A DNA stretch of 32,000 nucleotides from Aliivibrio fischeri ES114 (GTDB lineage Bacteria > Pseudomonadota > Gammaproteobacteria > Enterobacterales > Vibrionaceae), in assembly GCF_000011805.1 (NCBI RefSeq), contig NC_006840.2; one strand, 5' to 3'. Of the stretch, positions 1-9,223 are shown piece by piece. Each line of letters starts with the position of its first letter. Positions within the stretch are counted from its first letter, which is position 1. The translations under genes and the position numbers were made by a program. The notes below the pieces were generated by a model. It did not search any database. It worked only from the letters and a program-made list of their open reading frames with translations, and was not told where the DNA came from.

Positions 1-2
1 GA

Positions 3-95
3 AGACCAGAGCTCCTGGGAAATCTAGCTCTGACTGACGAACAGGAATTATTACTGGCTGAGTTTGTTCGTGAAGAACGCCAGAACAGTAAGTAA
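3..95 (+). CDS. trmD: TrmD (tRNA (guanine-N1)-methyltransferase) C-terminal fragment, truncated by window edge
   Basis: Frame reads ...RPELLGNLALTDEQELLLAEFVREERQNSK*, a TrmD-like C-terminus, immediately upstream of rplS as in the conserved rpsP-rimM-trmD-rplS operon. Confidence 0.8.
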   Translation, partial: RPELLGNLALTDEQELLLAEFVREERQNSK

Positions 96-136
96 TTAAG
101 TAAATTTAGTATCAGTTTATTCTAGGATATACAAAA

Positions 137-490
137 ATGAGCAACATCATTAAAGCTCTTGAAGATGAGCAACTAAAACAAGACCTACCTAAATTCGCTC
201 CAGGTGACACTGTAGTAGTTCAGGTTAAAGTTAAAGAAGGTGACCGTGAGCGTCTACAGGCATTCGAAGGCGTTGTAATCGCTATTCGTAACCGTGGTCT
301 ACACTCTGCGTTCACTGTACGTAAGATTTCTAACGGTGAAGGTGTTGAGCGTACGTTCCAAACACACTCTCCAGTTGTAAACAGCATCGAAGTTAAACGT
401 CGCGGTGCAGTACGTCGTGCCAAGTTGTACTACCTACGTGAGCGTTCTGGTAAATCAGCTCGTATCAAAGAGAAGCTGGCTAAAAAGTAA
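137..490 (+). CDS. rplS: 50S ribosomal protein L19
   Basis: 117 aa [38 protein letters not shown]..., recognisable L19 family. Confidence 0.98.
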
Positions 491-521
491 CGCACACGAG
501 AACGTTCTCAAATGTGCTATG

Positions 522-554
522 AAGGTGCGCTGTTATCAGCGCACCTTTTTTTAT
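522..554 (+). terminator. Rho-independent terminator after rplS
   Basis: aaggtgcgctgttatcagcgcacctttttttat: perfect GGTGCGCTG/CAGCGCACC-type stem plus T-run. Confidence 0.93.
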
Positions 555-568
555 ATCTAAATTAAAAC

Positions 569-586
569 TGTAAACTTAAATTTACG
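569..586 (+). promoter_or_regulatory. TyrR box (strong), upstream of aroF
   Basis: TGTAAA-cttaaa-TTTACG, one mismatch to TGTAAA-N6-TTTACA. Confidence 0.8.
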
Positions 587-678
587 ATATAAAATAAAAT
601 TGTATTATATTAATTACAATGGTTGATTTATGTGCTGTACCTGTTAAATTATTTGTATTCGTCTTAATTGACAGTTAA

Positions 679-696
679 TGGAAATAAAAGTTTACA
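679..696 (+). promoter_or_regulatory. Second TyrR box near the aroF start
   Basis: TGGAAA-taaaag-TTTACA, one mismatch to TGTAAA-N6-TTTACA, ending 10 bp before the aroF ATG. Confidence 0.7.
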
Positions 697-706
697 GGTG
701 TAGGGT

Positions 707-1780
707 ATGAGAAAAAGTGAATTAAGTAATATCAATATTATCGATGAGCAGGTGCTGATCACTCCACAAGAGCTTAAAAATAAGATCCCTTTAAGCGAAA
801 ATGCTCGCCAGTTTATCCAACAATCCCGTCAAACTATTTCTAATATCATTCATAAAAAAGATCACCGTCTATTAATTGTTTGTGGACCATGTTCAATTCA
901 TGATATCGATGCAGCAAAAGAATATGCAAAACGTTTAAAGGTGATCGCAGAAGATCTAAAAGATCAACTGTACATTGTTATGCGTGTCTACTTTGAAAAA
1001 CCACGAACTACAGTAGGCTGGAAAGGCTTGATTAATGATCCTCATCTTGATGGTTCATTTGATATTGAACAAGGTCTACATTCTGCACGACAATTATTAG
1101 TTGATTTAGCTGAGATGGAAATCCCTCTGGCAACAGAAGCACTAGATCCAATTAGTCCGCAATACATTGGTGATACATTTAGTTGGGCTGCGATTGGGGC
1201 TCGAACCACTGAATCTCAAACTCACCGTGAAATGGCAAGTGGTTTATCTGTTCCTGTAGGCTTTAAAAATGGTACTGATGGCAGCTTATCGACATCGATT
1301 AATGCAATGCAAGCTGCGGCTTCTGGACACCGTTTCATGGGGATTAATAGCGAAGGTCAGGTTGCTTTACTTACAACCCAAGGTAACCCTAATGGTCATG
1401 TTATTTTACGTGGTGGTAAACAAACTAATTATGATTCGGTTTCAGTAACAGAGTGTGAAGAAGAATTAGCAAATTCAAATTTAGATGCGGCTTTAATGAT
1501 TGATTGTAGTCACGCAAATTCACGCAAAGATTACCGTCGTCAGCCTTTAGTTGCTGAAGATGTTATTCATCAAATTCGTGAAGGTAATAAATCGATTATT
1601 GGATTGATGATTGAGAGTCATTTAAATGAAGGTAATCAACCATCAGATATACCATTGTCTGAGATGAAATATGGCGTATCTATTACAGATGCCTGTATCA
1701 ATTGGGAATCAACTGAGGCACTATTACGTCATACTCACAAAGAATTAACTCCGATATTGGAAGAGCGTTTAAAAGGATAG
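707..1780 (+). CDS. aroF: 3-deoxy-7-phosphoheptulonate (DAHP) synthase, probably the Tyr-sensitive class
   Basis: 357 aa DAHP synthase I family (LLIVCGPCSIHD, GARTTESQTHREMASGLS, DCSHANSRKDYRRQ); linked to tyrA and preceded by TyrR boxes. Confidence 0.93.
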   Translation: MRKSELSNINIIDEQVLITPQELKNKIPLSENARQFIQQSRQTISNIIHKKDHRLLIVCGPCSIHDIDAAKEYAKRLKVIAEDLKDQLYIVMRVYFEKPRTTVGWKGLINDPHLDGSFDIEQGLHSARQLLVDLAEMEIPLATEALDPISPQYIGDTFSWAAIGARTTESQTHREMASGLSVPVGFKNGTDGSLSTSINAMQAAASGHRFMGINSEGQVALLTTQGNPNGHVILRGGKQTNYDSVSVTECEEELANSNLDAALMIDCSHANSRKDYRRQPLVAEDVIHQIREGNKSIIGLMIESHLNEGNQPSDIPLSEMKYGVSITDACINWESTEALLRHTHKELTPILEERLKG

Positions 1781-1786
1781 ATTGAG

Positions 1787-2920
1787 ATGGCGGTAGAACT
1801 AAGTCATTTACGCGATCAAATTGATGCGGTAGATAAACAGATGTTGGATCTTTTAGCTCAACGCTTACATTTAGTTGAGCTGGTTGGTGAAGTAAAAAGT
1901 GCACATGGATTGCCTATTTATGATCCAAGCCGAGAAGCGGCAATGTTAGCATCAAGACGCTCAGAGGCTGAAAAAAAAGGCGTACCGCCCTCATTAATTG
2001 AAGATATTCTTCGCAGAACAATGCGTGAGTCTTATAGCAGTGAAAATGATTCTGGTTTTAAGTGTTTAAAACCAGAGTTAAGGCCGATCGTTGTTGTTGG
2101 TGGTAATGGGCAACTTGGTGGTTTATTCGCAAAAATGTTTAAATTATCTGGTTATCAAGTTCGAATTCTCGGTAGTAAAGATTGGGATAATTCTGATGAG
2201 ATCCTAGATAATGCAGGTATGGTTGTTGTTACGGTTCCTATCAACTTAACCATTGATGTAATTAATAAACTATCAAGGTTACCTGAGGATTGCATCCTTT
2301 GTGATTTAACCTCAATTAAGCAAAAACCTCTTGCTGCAATGATGGAAGTTCATAAAGGCCCTGTTGTTGGATTGCACCCAATGTTTGGTCCTGATGTTCC
2401 AAGCCTTGCAAAGCAAGTTATTGTTATGTGTGATGGTCGAGGTAAAGAGCACTATAGTTGGTTGAAGAACCAATTTGAGATTTGGGGGGCAATCGTACGT
2501 GATATTTCTGCGAATGAGCATGATCATGGTATGACTCTAATTCAAGCATTACGTCACTTTACTTCGTTTGCTTATGGACAGCATTTAGCAAAAGAGAATC
2601 CTGATATTGAACAGCTGCTTAACTTAAGTTCTCCAATTTATCGTTTGGAGTTATTGATGGTTGGTCGATTGTTTGCTCAAGACCCAAATTTATACGCAGA
2701 TATCATTCTTTCTTCTGATGAAAATATTGAAATGATAAAGCGATTCCATCAACGTTTTGGTGATGCAATCTCATTGCTAGAAGAACATAATCGTTCAGGA
2801 TTCATTAAAAACTTTGAAGAAGTAGAAGCTTGGTTTGGTGATTATGCTGAACAGTTTTTAATTGAAAGCAAAAGTTTACTCAGACAAGCGAATGATTCGA
2901 TTCACCGTGAACGTAATTAG
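1787..2920 (+). CDS. tyrA: Bifunctional chorismate mutase / prephenate dehydrogenase
   Basis: 377 aa; N-terminal chorismate mutase ([23 protein letters not shown]) and dehydrogenase domain with [21 protein letters not shown]. Confidence 0.96.
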   Translation: MAVELSHLRDQIDAVDKQMLDLLAQRLHLVELVGEVKSAHGLPIYDPSREAAMLASRRSEAEKKGVPPSLIEDILRRTMRESYSSENDSGFKCLKPELRPIVVVGGNGQLGGLFAKMFKLSGYQVRILGSKDWDNSDEILDNAGMVVVTVPINLTIDVINKLSRLPEDCILCDLTSIKQKPLAAMMEVHKGPVVGLHPMFGPDVPSLAKQVIVMCDGRGKEHYSWLKNQFEIWGAIVRDISANEHDHGMTLIQALRHFTSFAYGQHLAKENPDIEQLLNLSSPIYRLELLMVGRLFAQDPNLYADIILSSDENIEMIKRFHQRFGDAISLLEEHNRSGFIKNFEEVEAWFGDYAEQFLIESKSLLRQANDSIHRERN

Positions 2921-2943
2921 TGTAGGTAAGAAGGCATAGAATG

Positions 2944-2975
2944 TAAAAAGGGTGAGCCATGAGCTAACCCTTTTT
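2944..2975. terminator. Bidirectional terminator between convergent tyrA and the M23 peptidase gene
   Basis: taaaaagggtgagccatgagctaaccctttttg: A-rich and T-rich flanks around an ACCC/GGGT stem. Confidence 0.8.
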
Positions 2976-2993
2976 GTATTGATTAAACGGTGT

Positions 2994-4007
2994 TTATTGT
3001 GTCAATTGTTGGCTACTTTCGTTTTCAGCTTTCGCTGTGTTAATCGCTTCAACTTGTTCAACCGTTGGTTTTTGTGTCAACTTTAATTGCAGTTTTACTA
3101 CATTATTAATAACGTCAACCAAAGGTGTCCACTTTACACTTCGTTCTTTTTCAAAGAGGCTATCAAACTTTTCTGGCGTCCAATCCATAAACGATCTTGG
3201 ATTTAAAACTCGACCTAAGAAACGCACTTCATAATGTAAGTGTGGTCCTGTTGAATTACCAGAGTTACCACAAGTAGCAATCAGTTCACCTTTTTTAACG
3301 AACTGCCCTGAGCGAACTTTAAATTTTTGTAGGTGTGCATACATGGTCATAAAACCGAATGAATGCTGAACTTTTAATAGATTACCGTAACCTTTATTAC
3401 TGGCTCTTGCTAGTTCAACAACACCATCAGCTGGAGCATAAATTTCGGTTCCACGCTTACAGGTTAAATCAACACCTAAGTGGCGTTGGCGTTTACCTGA
3501 AATAGGGTTGGTTCGGCGTCCAAAACTGGATGACTCTCTCGTGTAATGTAGGGGAGTATCATTCGGGATTAGGCGAAACATGGTCGCTCTAACTGCCGAG
3601 TCAATGGCTGCAACATCAAGTCGTTGCTCTAGTGTTTTTTCAGCTAACGATGAATCTTCTTCTGATATTTCTTGTAAGCCAAGTACAGATTCAACATCAT
3701 CTACACGTTGGCTAATAACAAGTAATTCATTTTCTTTTGCTTCTAGTTGTTGAGTAAGCTCATGATTACTATTGTTATTATCAACAATTAACTGGTTTAG
3801 CACATTATTTTTGTTTTGCAGTTCAGCGATAGCAACTTTTGCTGACTCTTGTTGTTGATAGAAATAATGTAGACCAAAGCCACTTAATGCAAATGAGCTA
3901 ACCCCAAGTACTAAAGATAAAATGACCAGCTTTTTTCGTCTTTGGGAGATCGCGAAAAGACGCGTTCCTTTGTTGTGGGAGACGGAAATTCGAATTTTAT
4001 CAGGCAT
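2994..4007 (-). CDS. M23 family metallopeptidase, membrane-anchored with coiled coil
   Basis: 337 aa; N-terminal TM segment, coiled coil, LytM motifs HLGVD and HLHYEVRF. Confidence 0.9.
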   Translation of the reverse strand: MPDKIRISVSHNKGTRLFAISQRRKKLVILSLVLGVSSFALSGFGLHYFYQQQESAKVAIAELQNKNNVLNQLIVDNNNSNHELTQQLEAKENELLVISQRVDDVESVLGLQEISEEDSSLAEKTLEQRLDVAAIDSAVRATMFRLIPNDTPLHYTRESSSFGRRTNPISGKRQRHLGVDLTCKRGTEIYAPADGVVELARASNKGYGNLLKVQHSFGFMTMYAHLQKFKVRSGQFVKKGELIATCGNSGNSTGPHLHYEVRFLGRVLNPRSFMDWTPEKFDSLFEKERSVKWTPLVDVINNVVKLQLKLTQKPTVEQVEAINTAKAENESSQQLTQ

Positions 4008-4031
4008 AAGGGTAACAACTATTTATAAAGG

Positions 4032-4394
4032 TTAATGTGTTTCGGTGAGTTCTGATAACTGACGTAATAATAGTTCGCTATTACCAACGTTAAGTTCAAC
4101 TAAGCGTTTAAGGTGGCTAATACTATCAATATCTATATGGCGAATACAGAGTCTAAGCAGATTATTTGTATCATTCACAATTTCACATTCAGCAATAATA
4201 TTGATATCACTGTCGTTTAGAGCAAAATGTACAATTAATTTACCCGCTGAGTTAAGAGCATTATCATCATTAAGTTTTATTAATAAGCCATGTAAAGACA
4301 AATCAATCAATGAGCCGCTGTATTGCTGAGCGCCTTGGATTAGTGCTACATCTGCTTGATAAATTACACGAGAAAACTTGCGTCTTTCAATCAT
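4032..4394 (-). CDS. PilZ domain protein (predicted c-di-GMP binding)
   Basis: Supplied ORF extends to 4454, but MIERRKFSR at 4394 is the likelier start. RxxxR (RKFSR) and DxSxxG (DLSLHG) signatures present. Confidence 0.8.
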   Translation of the reverse strand: MIERRKFSRVIYQADVALIQGAQQYSGSLIDLSLHGLLIKLNDDNALNSAGKLIVHFALNDSDINIIAECEIVNDTNNLLRLCIRHIDIDSISHLKRLVELNVGNSELLLRQLSELTETH

Positions 4395-4455
4395 TAGGCT
4401 ACTCCTTCTTTTTAAGAGAAATTGAGTATGGTGTTTTGTTTGTTCTATGTCCAAT

Positions 4456-4482
4456 AAAAAGGCCGCTTGAGTGCGGCCCTTA
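4456..4482 (-). terminator. Rho-independent terminator for ettA
   Basis: Minus strand ataagggccgcactcaagcggcctttttattg: GGCCGC stem plus T-run. Confidence 0.88.
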
Positions 4483-4508
4483 TGATAAACATCAAATAAA
4501 GTAAATTA

Positions 4509-6182
4509 TTACTTAGTCATACGCTTGTACTTGATGCGATGAGGTTCAGCAGCTTGCGCACCTAGGGTCTTCTTCAACCATTCACTGTATTCAGTGTAGT
4601 TACCTTCAAAGAAGTTTACTTGGCCTTCATCACGGTAGTCTAGAATGTGTGTAGCGATACGGTCTAGGAACCAACGGTCGTGCGAGATAACCATTGCACA
4701 ACCAGGGAACTCAAGTAATGCTTCTTCTAGTGCACGTAATGTTTCAACATCAAGGTCATTGGTAGGTTCATCGAGTAACAGTACGTTACCGCCAGTTTTT
4801 AGCAGTTTAGCTAAGTGAACACGGTTACGCTCACCACCAGATAACTCACCAATAATTTTTTGTTGGTCGTTGCCTTTGAAGTTAAAGCGAGAACAGTAAG
4901 CACGAGCTGGGATTTCGAAATTGTTGATCTTAATGATATCTGCGCCTTCAGAGATCTCTTGGAAAACTGTTTTTGTGTCATCCATTGAATCACGGAATTG
5001 ATCAACAGAAGCAAGTTTTACAGTTTCACCCAATTCAATCGTACCTGAATCCGGTGTTTCAGCACCACTTAGCATCTTAAATAGTGTTGATTTACCTGCA
5101 CCATTGGCACCGATGATACCTACGATAGCACCTTTTGGCATGCTGAATGATAGGTCATCAATTAGTACACGATCACCGAACGATTTAGTTAGGTTGTTCA
5201 CTTCAAGAACTTTGTCACCTAGACGTTCACCTGGCGGAATGAACAGTTCGTTTGTTTCATTACGTTTTTGGTGATCAGAGCTTTGTAGTTCTTCAAAACG
5301 AGCCATACGAGCTTTAGATTTAGCTTGGCGGCCTTTAGGGTTTTGACGAACCCACTCAAGTTCTTTTTCAATCGTTTTCTGACGAGCATTTTCTTTTGCC
5401 GCTTCTTGTTTTAAACGGTCATCTTTTTGCTCAAGCCAAGAGGTATAGTTACCTTCCCATGGAATACCTTCACCACGGTCAAGCTCTAGGATCCAACCAG
5501 CAGCGTTATCAAGGAAATAACGGTCGTGGGTAATTGCCACAACAGTACCTGAATAATCAACAAGGAAGTGCTCAAGCCATGCAACTGATTCAGCATCAAG
5601 GTGGTTGGTTGGTTCATCAAGTAGCAGCATATCAGGTTTTTCTAGAAGAAGACGACAGATAGCAACACGGCGACGTTCACCACCAGATAAGTGCTCAATT
5701 TTAGCATCCCACTCAGGTAGACGTAGTGCGTCAGCTGCACGCTCTAAAGCGTTATCCAGATTATGACCATCTTTTGCTTGAATTAATGCTTCAAGTTCAC
5801 CTTGCTCTTTAGCTAGAGCATCGAAATCAGCACCTTCTTCAGCGTAAGCTGCATAAACCGCATCAAGGCGAGCTAGTGCACCTGCTACATCAGAAACAGC
5901 CTCTTCAACAATTTCACGAACTGTTTTTGATTCATCAAGTACAGGTTCTTGGGGAAGATAGCCAACATTTAATCCCGCTTGTGGACGAGCTTCACCATCA
6001 ATATCAGTATCAAGACCTGCCATAATGCGAAGTAGTGTTGATTTACCTGAGCCATTTAGACCCAAAACACCAATTTTTGCACCAGGGAAGAAGCTAAGAG
6101 AAATGTCTTTCAGGATTTGTCTTTTAGGAGGAACAATTTTGCTCACTCGTGACATTGTATATACGTATTCAGCCATAATCAC
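4509..6182 (-). CDS. ettA: Energy-dependent translational throttle protein EttA (ABC-F ATPase)
   Basis: 557 aa, MAEYVYTMSRVSKIVPPKRQILKDISLSFFPGAKIGVLGLNGSGKST, two Walker A/LSGGE/LLLDEPTNxLD sets. The second Met (MAEYVYTM) is the likely start. Confidence 0.96.
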   Translation of the reverse strand: MIMAEYVYTMSRVSKIVPPKRQILKDISLSFFPGAKIGVLGLNGSGKSTLLRIMAGLDTDIDGEARPQAGLNVGYLPQEPVLDESKTVREIVEEAVSDVAGALARLDAVYAAYAEEGADFDALAKEQGELEALIQAKDGHNLDNALERAADALRLPEWDAKIEHLSGGERRRVAICRLLLEKPDMLLLDEPTNHLDAESVAWLEHFLVDYSGTVVAITHDRYFLDNAAGWILELDRGEGIPWEGNYTSWLEQKDDRLKQEAAKENARQKTIEKELEWVRQNPKGRQAKSKARMARFEELQSSDHQKRNETNELFIPPGERLGDKVLEVNNLTKSFGDRVLIDDLSFSMPKGAIVGIIGANGAGKSTLFKMLSGAETPDSGTIELGETVKLASVDQFRDSMDDTKTVFQEISEGADIIKINNFEIPARAYCSRFNFKGNDQQKIIGELSGGERNRVHLAKLLKTGGNVLLLDEPTNDLDVETLRALEEALLEFPGCAMVISHDRWFLDRIATHILDYRDEGQVNFFEGNYTEYSEWLKKTLGAQAAEPHRIKYKRMTK

Positions 6183-6348
6183 TTATTAGAGTTGGTTAAC
6201 GAAAATATTAATTTACTATTTATGATACATAGTTTAACACTCATTTTTGTAGTTACTAGGGTAATATAAGTAAACTAAGGTAAGAATTCGGTAGATGTAT
6301 AAGTGAGTCTCAGATCACTACGCCGCAGTCAAAGGTTGGAAAGTTTAG

Positions 6349-8298
6349 GTGTTAAAGAAATCAATGAAATATACACAATATAAGTTAGGGATGATGACGG
6401 CATTGTGCATAGGTATGAATGTACAAGTTGTTGATGCGTCACCTGTTGATACATGGCGAGCACAATACCAAGAAGCAAAAACGCTACTTAATGAAAAAAA
6501 ATACGATGAATATAAAAAAGTAAGGGCTGAACTTGATGGTTATTCATTAGCACCTTATTTGGATTACCGTGAATTAAGAATGGATTTAAGCTCTAAAACG
6601 CCTGATGATATTCGTTTGTTCAAACATAATCATCAGTCATTACCTATTGGTAATTCTCTTTCATACCAATACTTAGTCATTCTTGGTTTAAACGAGCGTT
6701 GGGCTGAATTTATTGATTATTTCCCCAACGAACCAAGCAGCAAAAACCTACAGTGTTATTACTATCAAGCAAAAAATAAACTGGGTGATAAAGCCACAGC
6801 TTGGAAAGGTGCGGAGCAATTATGGTTAACAGGTAGCTCTGTTACTTATGAATGTGATGATTTATTTCAAGATTGGGCTGAAGCTGGGAAACTCAGTGAT
6901 GATTTAATTATTGAACGTATGCTTTTAGTTTATAAAGCTCGTAATAATAATTTGTTTTCTTATTTAGAAAAAATGTTGAAAGCAGATGCCGCAAAAGAAA
7001 AAGCACAGCATATTGTCACTTTGTTTAATGATCCTGATTTGTTAGAAAGTTTTTCAAAGAGTAATAAAAAAACAGAGTTTTCTAAGCAATTAACGCTTAT
7101 TTCTATGGAAAGAGAAGCTCGTAAAAACCCTAAAAAAGCGATAGAAATATTGCCTGACATTGCTAAAAAGCAGCTGTTTACTCAAGAAGAGTTGGTTCAG
7201 GTTAAACGACGCATTGTTAGTAGCATTATGTCAACTGAGTCAGCAGAACTTGCACAATGGAGAGATAAAGAGCTAGCTGCTAACCCTGAAGATTCATTTA
7301 TTGAGCGCCGAATTCGTGTTGCTATTCGTGCAGCTGATTGGGATGACGTAAGCAACTGGATTGAGTATTTAACACCAACAGCTAAAAACTCATTACGTTG
7401 GCAGTTCTGGACGGCACAGATTGAAAGTAAAGAAGGTGAGCAAGATAAAGCTGATGCTCGTTTAAAAAAATTACTTGGTCAGCGTAATTTTTATAGTGTT
7501 GCTGCGGCAAATATTTTAGGTGAACCTATTCAATATCCAATGAATACCGCCCCTAGAAATATTAAGCCGATTAAAGATAAATACAGTGTAGAGCTTGCAC
7601 GTATTAAAGAATTAATTGCGATTGATGAGATCCCTACAGCCAAAAGTGAGTGGGAATATTTGCTAAATCGAGCATCGAAAACTGAAGTGAAAGAATTAGC
7701 AAGTTATGCTGCTCAGCATCGTTGGCATCACTTTACTGTTCTGGCGACCATCAAAGGAAGAATGTGGGGATATTTGAGCTTACGTTTCCCTATAGCACAT
7801 CAGTGGTGGTTTAATCATTACAGTAAGGAACTTGGTTTAGATAAAGTGACGTTAATGTCGTTATCTCGACAAGAAAGTGCATTGTATGCAGAAGCTCAAT
7901 CACCGGTAGGTGCTCGTGGTTTGATGCAAATTATGCCAGCAACAGCGAAATATACCGCGAAGAAGATTGATTACGATAAATACGAAGGTGTTGATAGTTT
8001 GAATGATGTTGATGTGAATATTCACATTGGTTCAAATTACCTTAAGGGTTTATTAGATGATTATGATGGAAACCGTATTTTTGCTCTTGCAGGTTATAAT
8101 GCCGGCCCTCATCGTGTTAAGCGTTGGAGAGCGGTTTCTGATGAAAAGCTAGATGCTTATGCTTTTATTGAAGCTATTCCATTCAAGGAAACTAGAGGGT
8201 ATGTACAAAACATTTTAATGTTTGAAACTTACTATCGTAGTTTATTGGGTGAAAAAGGTGCTTTTTTATCCGAGAAAGAGCTGAATTTAAAGTATTGA
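6349..8298 (+). CDS. slt: Soluble lytic murein transglycosylase
   Basis: 649 aa; catalytic SLT domain SRQESALYAEAQSPVGARGLMQIMPATA...GYNAGPHRVKRW. Start may be the internal MKYTQYKL (6364). Confidence 0.93.
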   Translation: MLKKSMKYTQYKLGMMTALCIGMNVQVVDASPVDTWRAQYQEAKTLLNEKKYDEYKKVRAELDGYSLAPYLDYRELRMDLSSKTPDDIRLFKHNHQSLPIGNSLSYQYLVILGLNERWAEFIDYFPNEPSSKNLQCYYYQAKNKLGDKATAWKGAEQLWLTGSSVTYECDDLFQDWAEAGKLSDDLIIERMLLVYKARNNNLFSYLEKMLKADAAKEKAQHIVTLFNDPDLLESFSKSNKKTEFSKQLTLISMEREARKNPKKAIEILPDIAKKQLFTQEELVQVKRRIVSSIMSTESAELAQWRDKELAANPEDSFIERRIRVAIRAADWDDVSNWIEYLTPTAKNSLRWQFWTAQIESKEGEQDKADARLKKLLGQRNFYSVAAANILGEPIQYPMNTAPRNIKPIKDKYSVELARIKELIAIDEIPTAKSEWEYLLNRASKTEVKELASYAAQHRWHHFTVLATIKGRMWGYLSLRFPIAHQWWFNHYSKELGLDKVTLMSLSRQESALYAEAQSPVGARGLMQIMPATAKYTAKKIDYDKYEGVDSLNDVDVNIHIGSNYLKGLLDDYDGNRIFALAGYNAGPHRVKRWRAVSDEKLDAYAFIEAIPFKETRGYVQNILMFETYYRSLLGEKGAFLSEKELNLKY

Positions 8299-8350
8299 TA
8301 AGTTTAAATTCTAATAGCAATTGGTATTAAGCTTAAATAAATATAAAGTA

Positions 8351-8375
8351 GGGGACTTAATTGTCCCCTTTTTTA
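8351..8375 (+). terminator. Terminator between slt and trpR
   Basis: GGGGAC-ttaatt-GTCCCC-TTTTTT. Confidence 0.9.
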
Positions 8376-8393
8376 CAATTGTATGAGGATACT

Positions 8394-8720
8394 ATGTCAG
8401 GTTCAGCAAAATATTCCGACTGGTCTCAAGTGATGACATTAATTGCAAATGCAGCAGAACAAGGAAATCATCAACCATTATTAACGATGTTGATGACGCC
8501 TGATGAACGTGAAGCATTGGTTGCTCGCGTAAATATTTTTCATGAGCTGTTACAGGGTGAATTGAGCCAGAGACAAATTAGTCAGCTATTAGGTGTGGGC
8601 GTTGCCACAATCACTCGAGGTTCAAATGAATTAAAAAGCCATACTGATGAAGAGAAAGTATGGCTTATGGATTTATTAGAAAAGAGTACTAAAAGCGAGT
8701 TGGATGTAGAAAAGGAATAA
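8394..8720 (+). CDS. trpR: Trp operon repressor TrpR
   Basis: LQGELSQRQISQLLGVGVATITRGSNELK helix-turn-helix. The supplied ORF start at 8361 lies inside the slt terminator; ATG at 8394 follows tgaggat. Confidence 0.93.
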   Translation: MSGSAKYSDWSQVMTLIANAAEQGNHQPLLTMLMTPDEREALVARVNIFHELLQGELSQRQISQLLGVGVATITRGSNELKSHTDEEKVWLMDLLEKSTKSELDVEKE

Positions 8721-9201
8721 GAGCAAGAATAAGCGCTTGTTGATATACCGATGTTCTTGTTAGTAGGTTATTGGTTAGTAAGCCAATAGCCCCTCCTTTC
8801 TGTTTAATGTTGTCGGTGTTAAATTGTTCATCCATGACATCGCCTAGCTCTTTACCTTTTTTCACCTCATCAATAACTTGTGGTGGGAGAGGTAAACTCG
8901 AAGAGCGTGACTCTCCTACCGTTAAACCATTATCAATAATCATCCAAGCGAAAGTAGAATTACCTTCAATTCCAGCTTCTAACCCAACATAATAATCACA
9001 GTTAGGTAGCTTGATCTTTGCGTTATTAATACGGTTCATTGCTCCTTGTTTTGTTTCTTCACAACTCATTGGTTGATCTGGAACACCGCTCTTTACTGAT
9101 ACCCCTTCAAATGAAAAAGTATCATTAGGAAACGCAAGATTAAATGCTGATTCAACAGCGGCAATCTTCGCTGGGTTTTGAGAAGCAATGATAACTTTCA
9201 T
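8689..9201 (-). CDS. yjjX: Inosine/xanthosine triphosphatase (NTPase) YjjX family
   Basis: 170 aa MKVIIASQNPAKIAAVESAF...YYVGLEAGIEG...GGAIGLLTNNLLTR. Confidence 0.9.
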   Translation of the reverse strand: MKVIIASQNPAKIAAVESAFNLAFPNDTFSFEGVSVKSGVPDQPMSCEETKQGAMNRINNAKIKLPNCDYYVGLEAGIEGNSTFAWMIIDNGLTVGESRSSSLPLPPQVIDEVKKGKELGDVMDEQFNTDNIKQKGGAIGLLTNNLLTRTSVYQQALILALIPFLHPTRF

Positions 9202-9223
9202 GTTTACCTTTTATTCGATGTAA

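Noticed and set aside
4395-4454. N-terminal extension of the PilZ ORF
   Set aside because: Typical PilZ proteins begin close to the RxxxR motif; MIERRKFSR at 4394 is preferred.
8361-8393. N-terminal extension of TrpR in the supplied ORF
   Set aside because: It overlaps the slt terminator hairpin and T-run; ATG at 8394 with upstream gagga-like sequence is the plausible start.
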